Positions 62,943 to 64,000 of a DNA stretch of 64,000 nt are shown here, in pieces. Source of the stretch: Chiloscyllium plagiosum (lineage: Eukaryota); NCBI RefSeq assembly GCF_004010195.1, contig NC_057755.1, positions 4,866,316 to 4,930,315 of the forward strand, read 5' to 3'. The position numbers were made by a program, and so were the translations under genes. The number at the start of each line of letters is the position of its first letter. Positions within the stretch are counted from its first letter, which is position 1. The notes under the pieces were generated by a model, which made no database searches, was not told the origin of the DNA, and worked only from the letters and a program-made list of their open reading frames with translations.

Positions 62943-63844
62943 TTATTTATTGAAAGCGCAAGAAAGTTTTTCAAACAGGTACTTTACTGCATTACATATC
63001 TCCGCTCTAAATCTAGACAACGTTGCTGCATAAATGAACGTGTTTGTGCAACAACTTAGGTTCTGCAGCATAAAACCAACAATACTGAAGTGGTACAGAA
63101 AAGGTGCGTAATCATCAGGGTGGATTTTTTGGATGGCATAATATAAGAAATCTATGACAACGATTAACCACAGGAGGATGAAGCTTCCAGAAATGGTGAA
63201 GAGCAAAATTACAGACTTCTTTCTGCTCTCCATCTCTGGGTCTCTGTGATTCTCACCTATACTCTCACCCTTCAGCCTCTTCCGGACTCGACTGGTCACT
63301 AAAATATGCCTGACTGTCAGAGCATTGAACAAAAGAATCAAAACAAATGGCAGTAAAGGGGTTAAAACCATATCAAGCCAATCTAATGCCACCCACCAAG
63401 TCTCAGTGAAGTAGCTTGATTTTGTATAACAGTAGAATGGCACATTGTTGATTATCATCATAGGTTCATATTCAAAGTAGAAAGGGATGTTTTTCAGACA
63501 GAGCAGGATGCAGGTTGTTGCTAAGACCACAGTAGCCGTTTTCTCAGTGCAATATTTTGTTCTCAGCTTCTGACAACAAATCGTCACAAATCGGTCAAAC
63601 GAGAAAGTGACCGTGAACCAGACAGAACAGTCTCTTGCTGCACGTATCAGGGCCCCAATAACACTGCAAACAGGAGTGATGGACAGGAAAGACTGAGGAT
63701 AATAATAAAAGCGAAAACTCGTCAGCAGAATATCAGTGATAATGACCATCAGATCGGCAGCTGCCATGACCACCAGATAGCGAGTTGTGCAAGGGGAAAC
63801 ATCACACTTTCCCCGGGAAAAGATGACAATTGCCAGCAAATTAA
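62943..63844 (-). CDS. GPR139/GPR142-like orphan class A GPCR copy G, coding exon 2 (exon 1 expected beyond 64000)
   Basis: Acceptor TTTGTCTTCCACAG|TT AAT at the same phase-1 position as A and C; open frame with AADLM, DRF, PFYC, FNALTVRHI, CTNTFIY, SRFR; divergent subfamily. Confidence 0.88.
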
Positions 63845-64000
63845 CTGTGGAAGACAAATACCAAATGACGTGGTGAATTACTGATCAGAAACCCCCTGCC
63901 TTTTCCAGACAGTTACAATAAGATTTTACCACAAAAATCAGCGCACCCTGTGAGTGGAAGTTGGAGGGATTGAGTGAAATTCATTGAGTGAGGGGCCATG

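Noticed and set aside
63845..63857. ORF-track start MSST for gene G
   Set aside because: A TTG start inside the acceptor region; the exon boundary matches the A/C splice position.
1..64000. CRISPR arrays, operons or other prokaryotic systems
   Set aside because: No repeat-spacer arrays; the sequence is intron-containing vertebrate DNA dominated by retroelements, and most short ORFs in the track are TE fragments or antisense shadows.

Overview
Eukaryotic, vertebrate-type DNA. The HE1/V-SINEs, CR1 LINEs and Penelope-like elements point to a cartilaginous fish, probably a shark (inferred from repeat content only). The window holds a birth-and-death cluster of at least seven orphan class A GPCR copies resembling GPR139/GPR142. 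Two are reconstructable intact two-exon genes on +: A = join(11798..11867,19986..20890), 324 aa, and C = join(35392..35461,38342..39297), 341 aa. Their 70-nt first coding exons are missed by the ORF track. A third copy, G (62943..63844, minus strand), has an intact second exon, with its exon 1 presumably beyond the window. The other four (B, D, E, F) are pseudogenes. A, B and C are tandem copies of one duplication unit that also carried an old Gypsy LTR/gag remnant upstream of exon 1; D is an inverted copy of the same subfamily. Most of the rest is transposable element: two Gmr1-type (PR-IN-RT order) LTR retrotransposons, a near full-length CR1 with an esterase ORF1, many CR1, Tx1-like and Rex1-like fragments, V-SINEs, and Penelope-like ends carrying minimal hammerhead ribozyme motifs, some with intact cores in inverted pairs. 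There is also a tRNA-Lys pseudogene, and two assembly gaps with probable local artefacts. Family names come from motif recognition by eye; no searches were run, and repeat boundaries are approximate.
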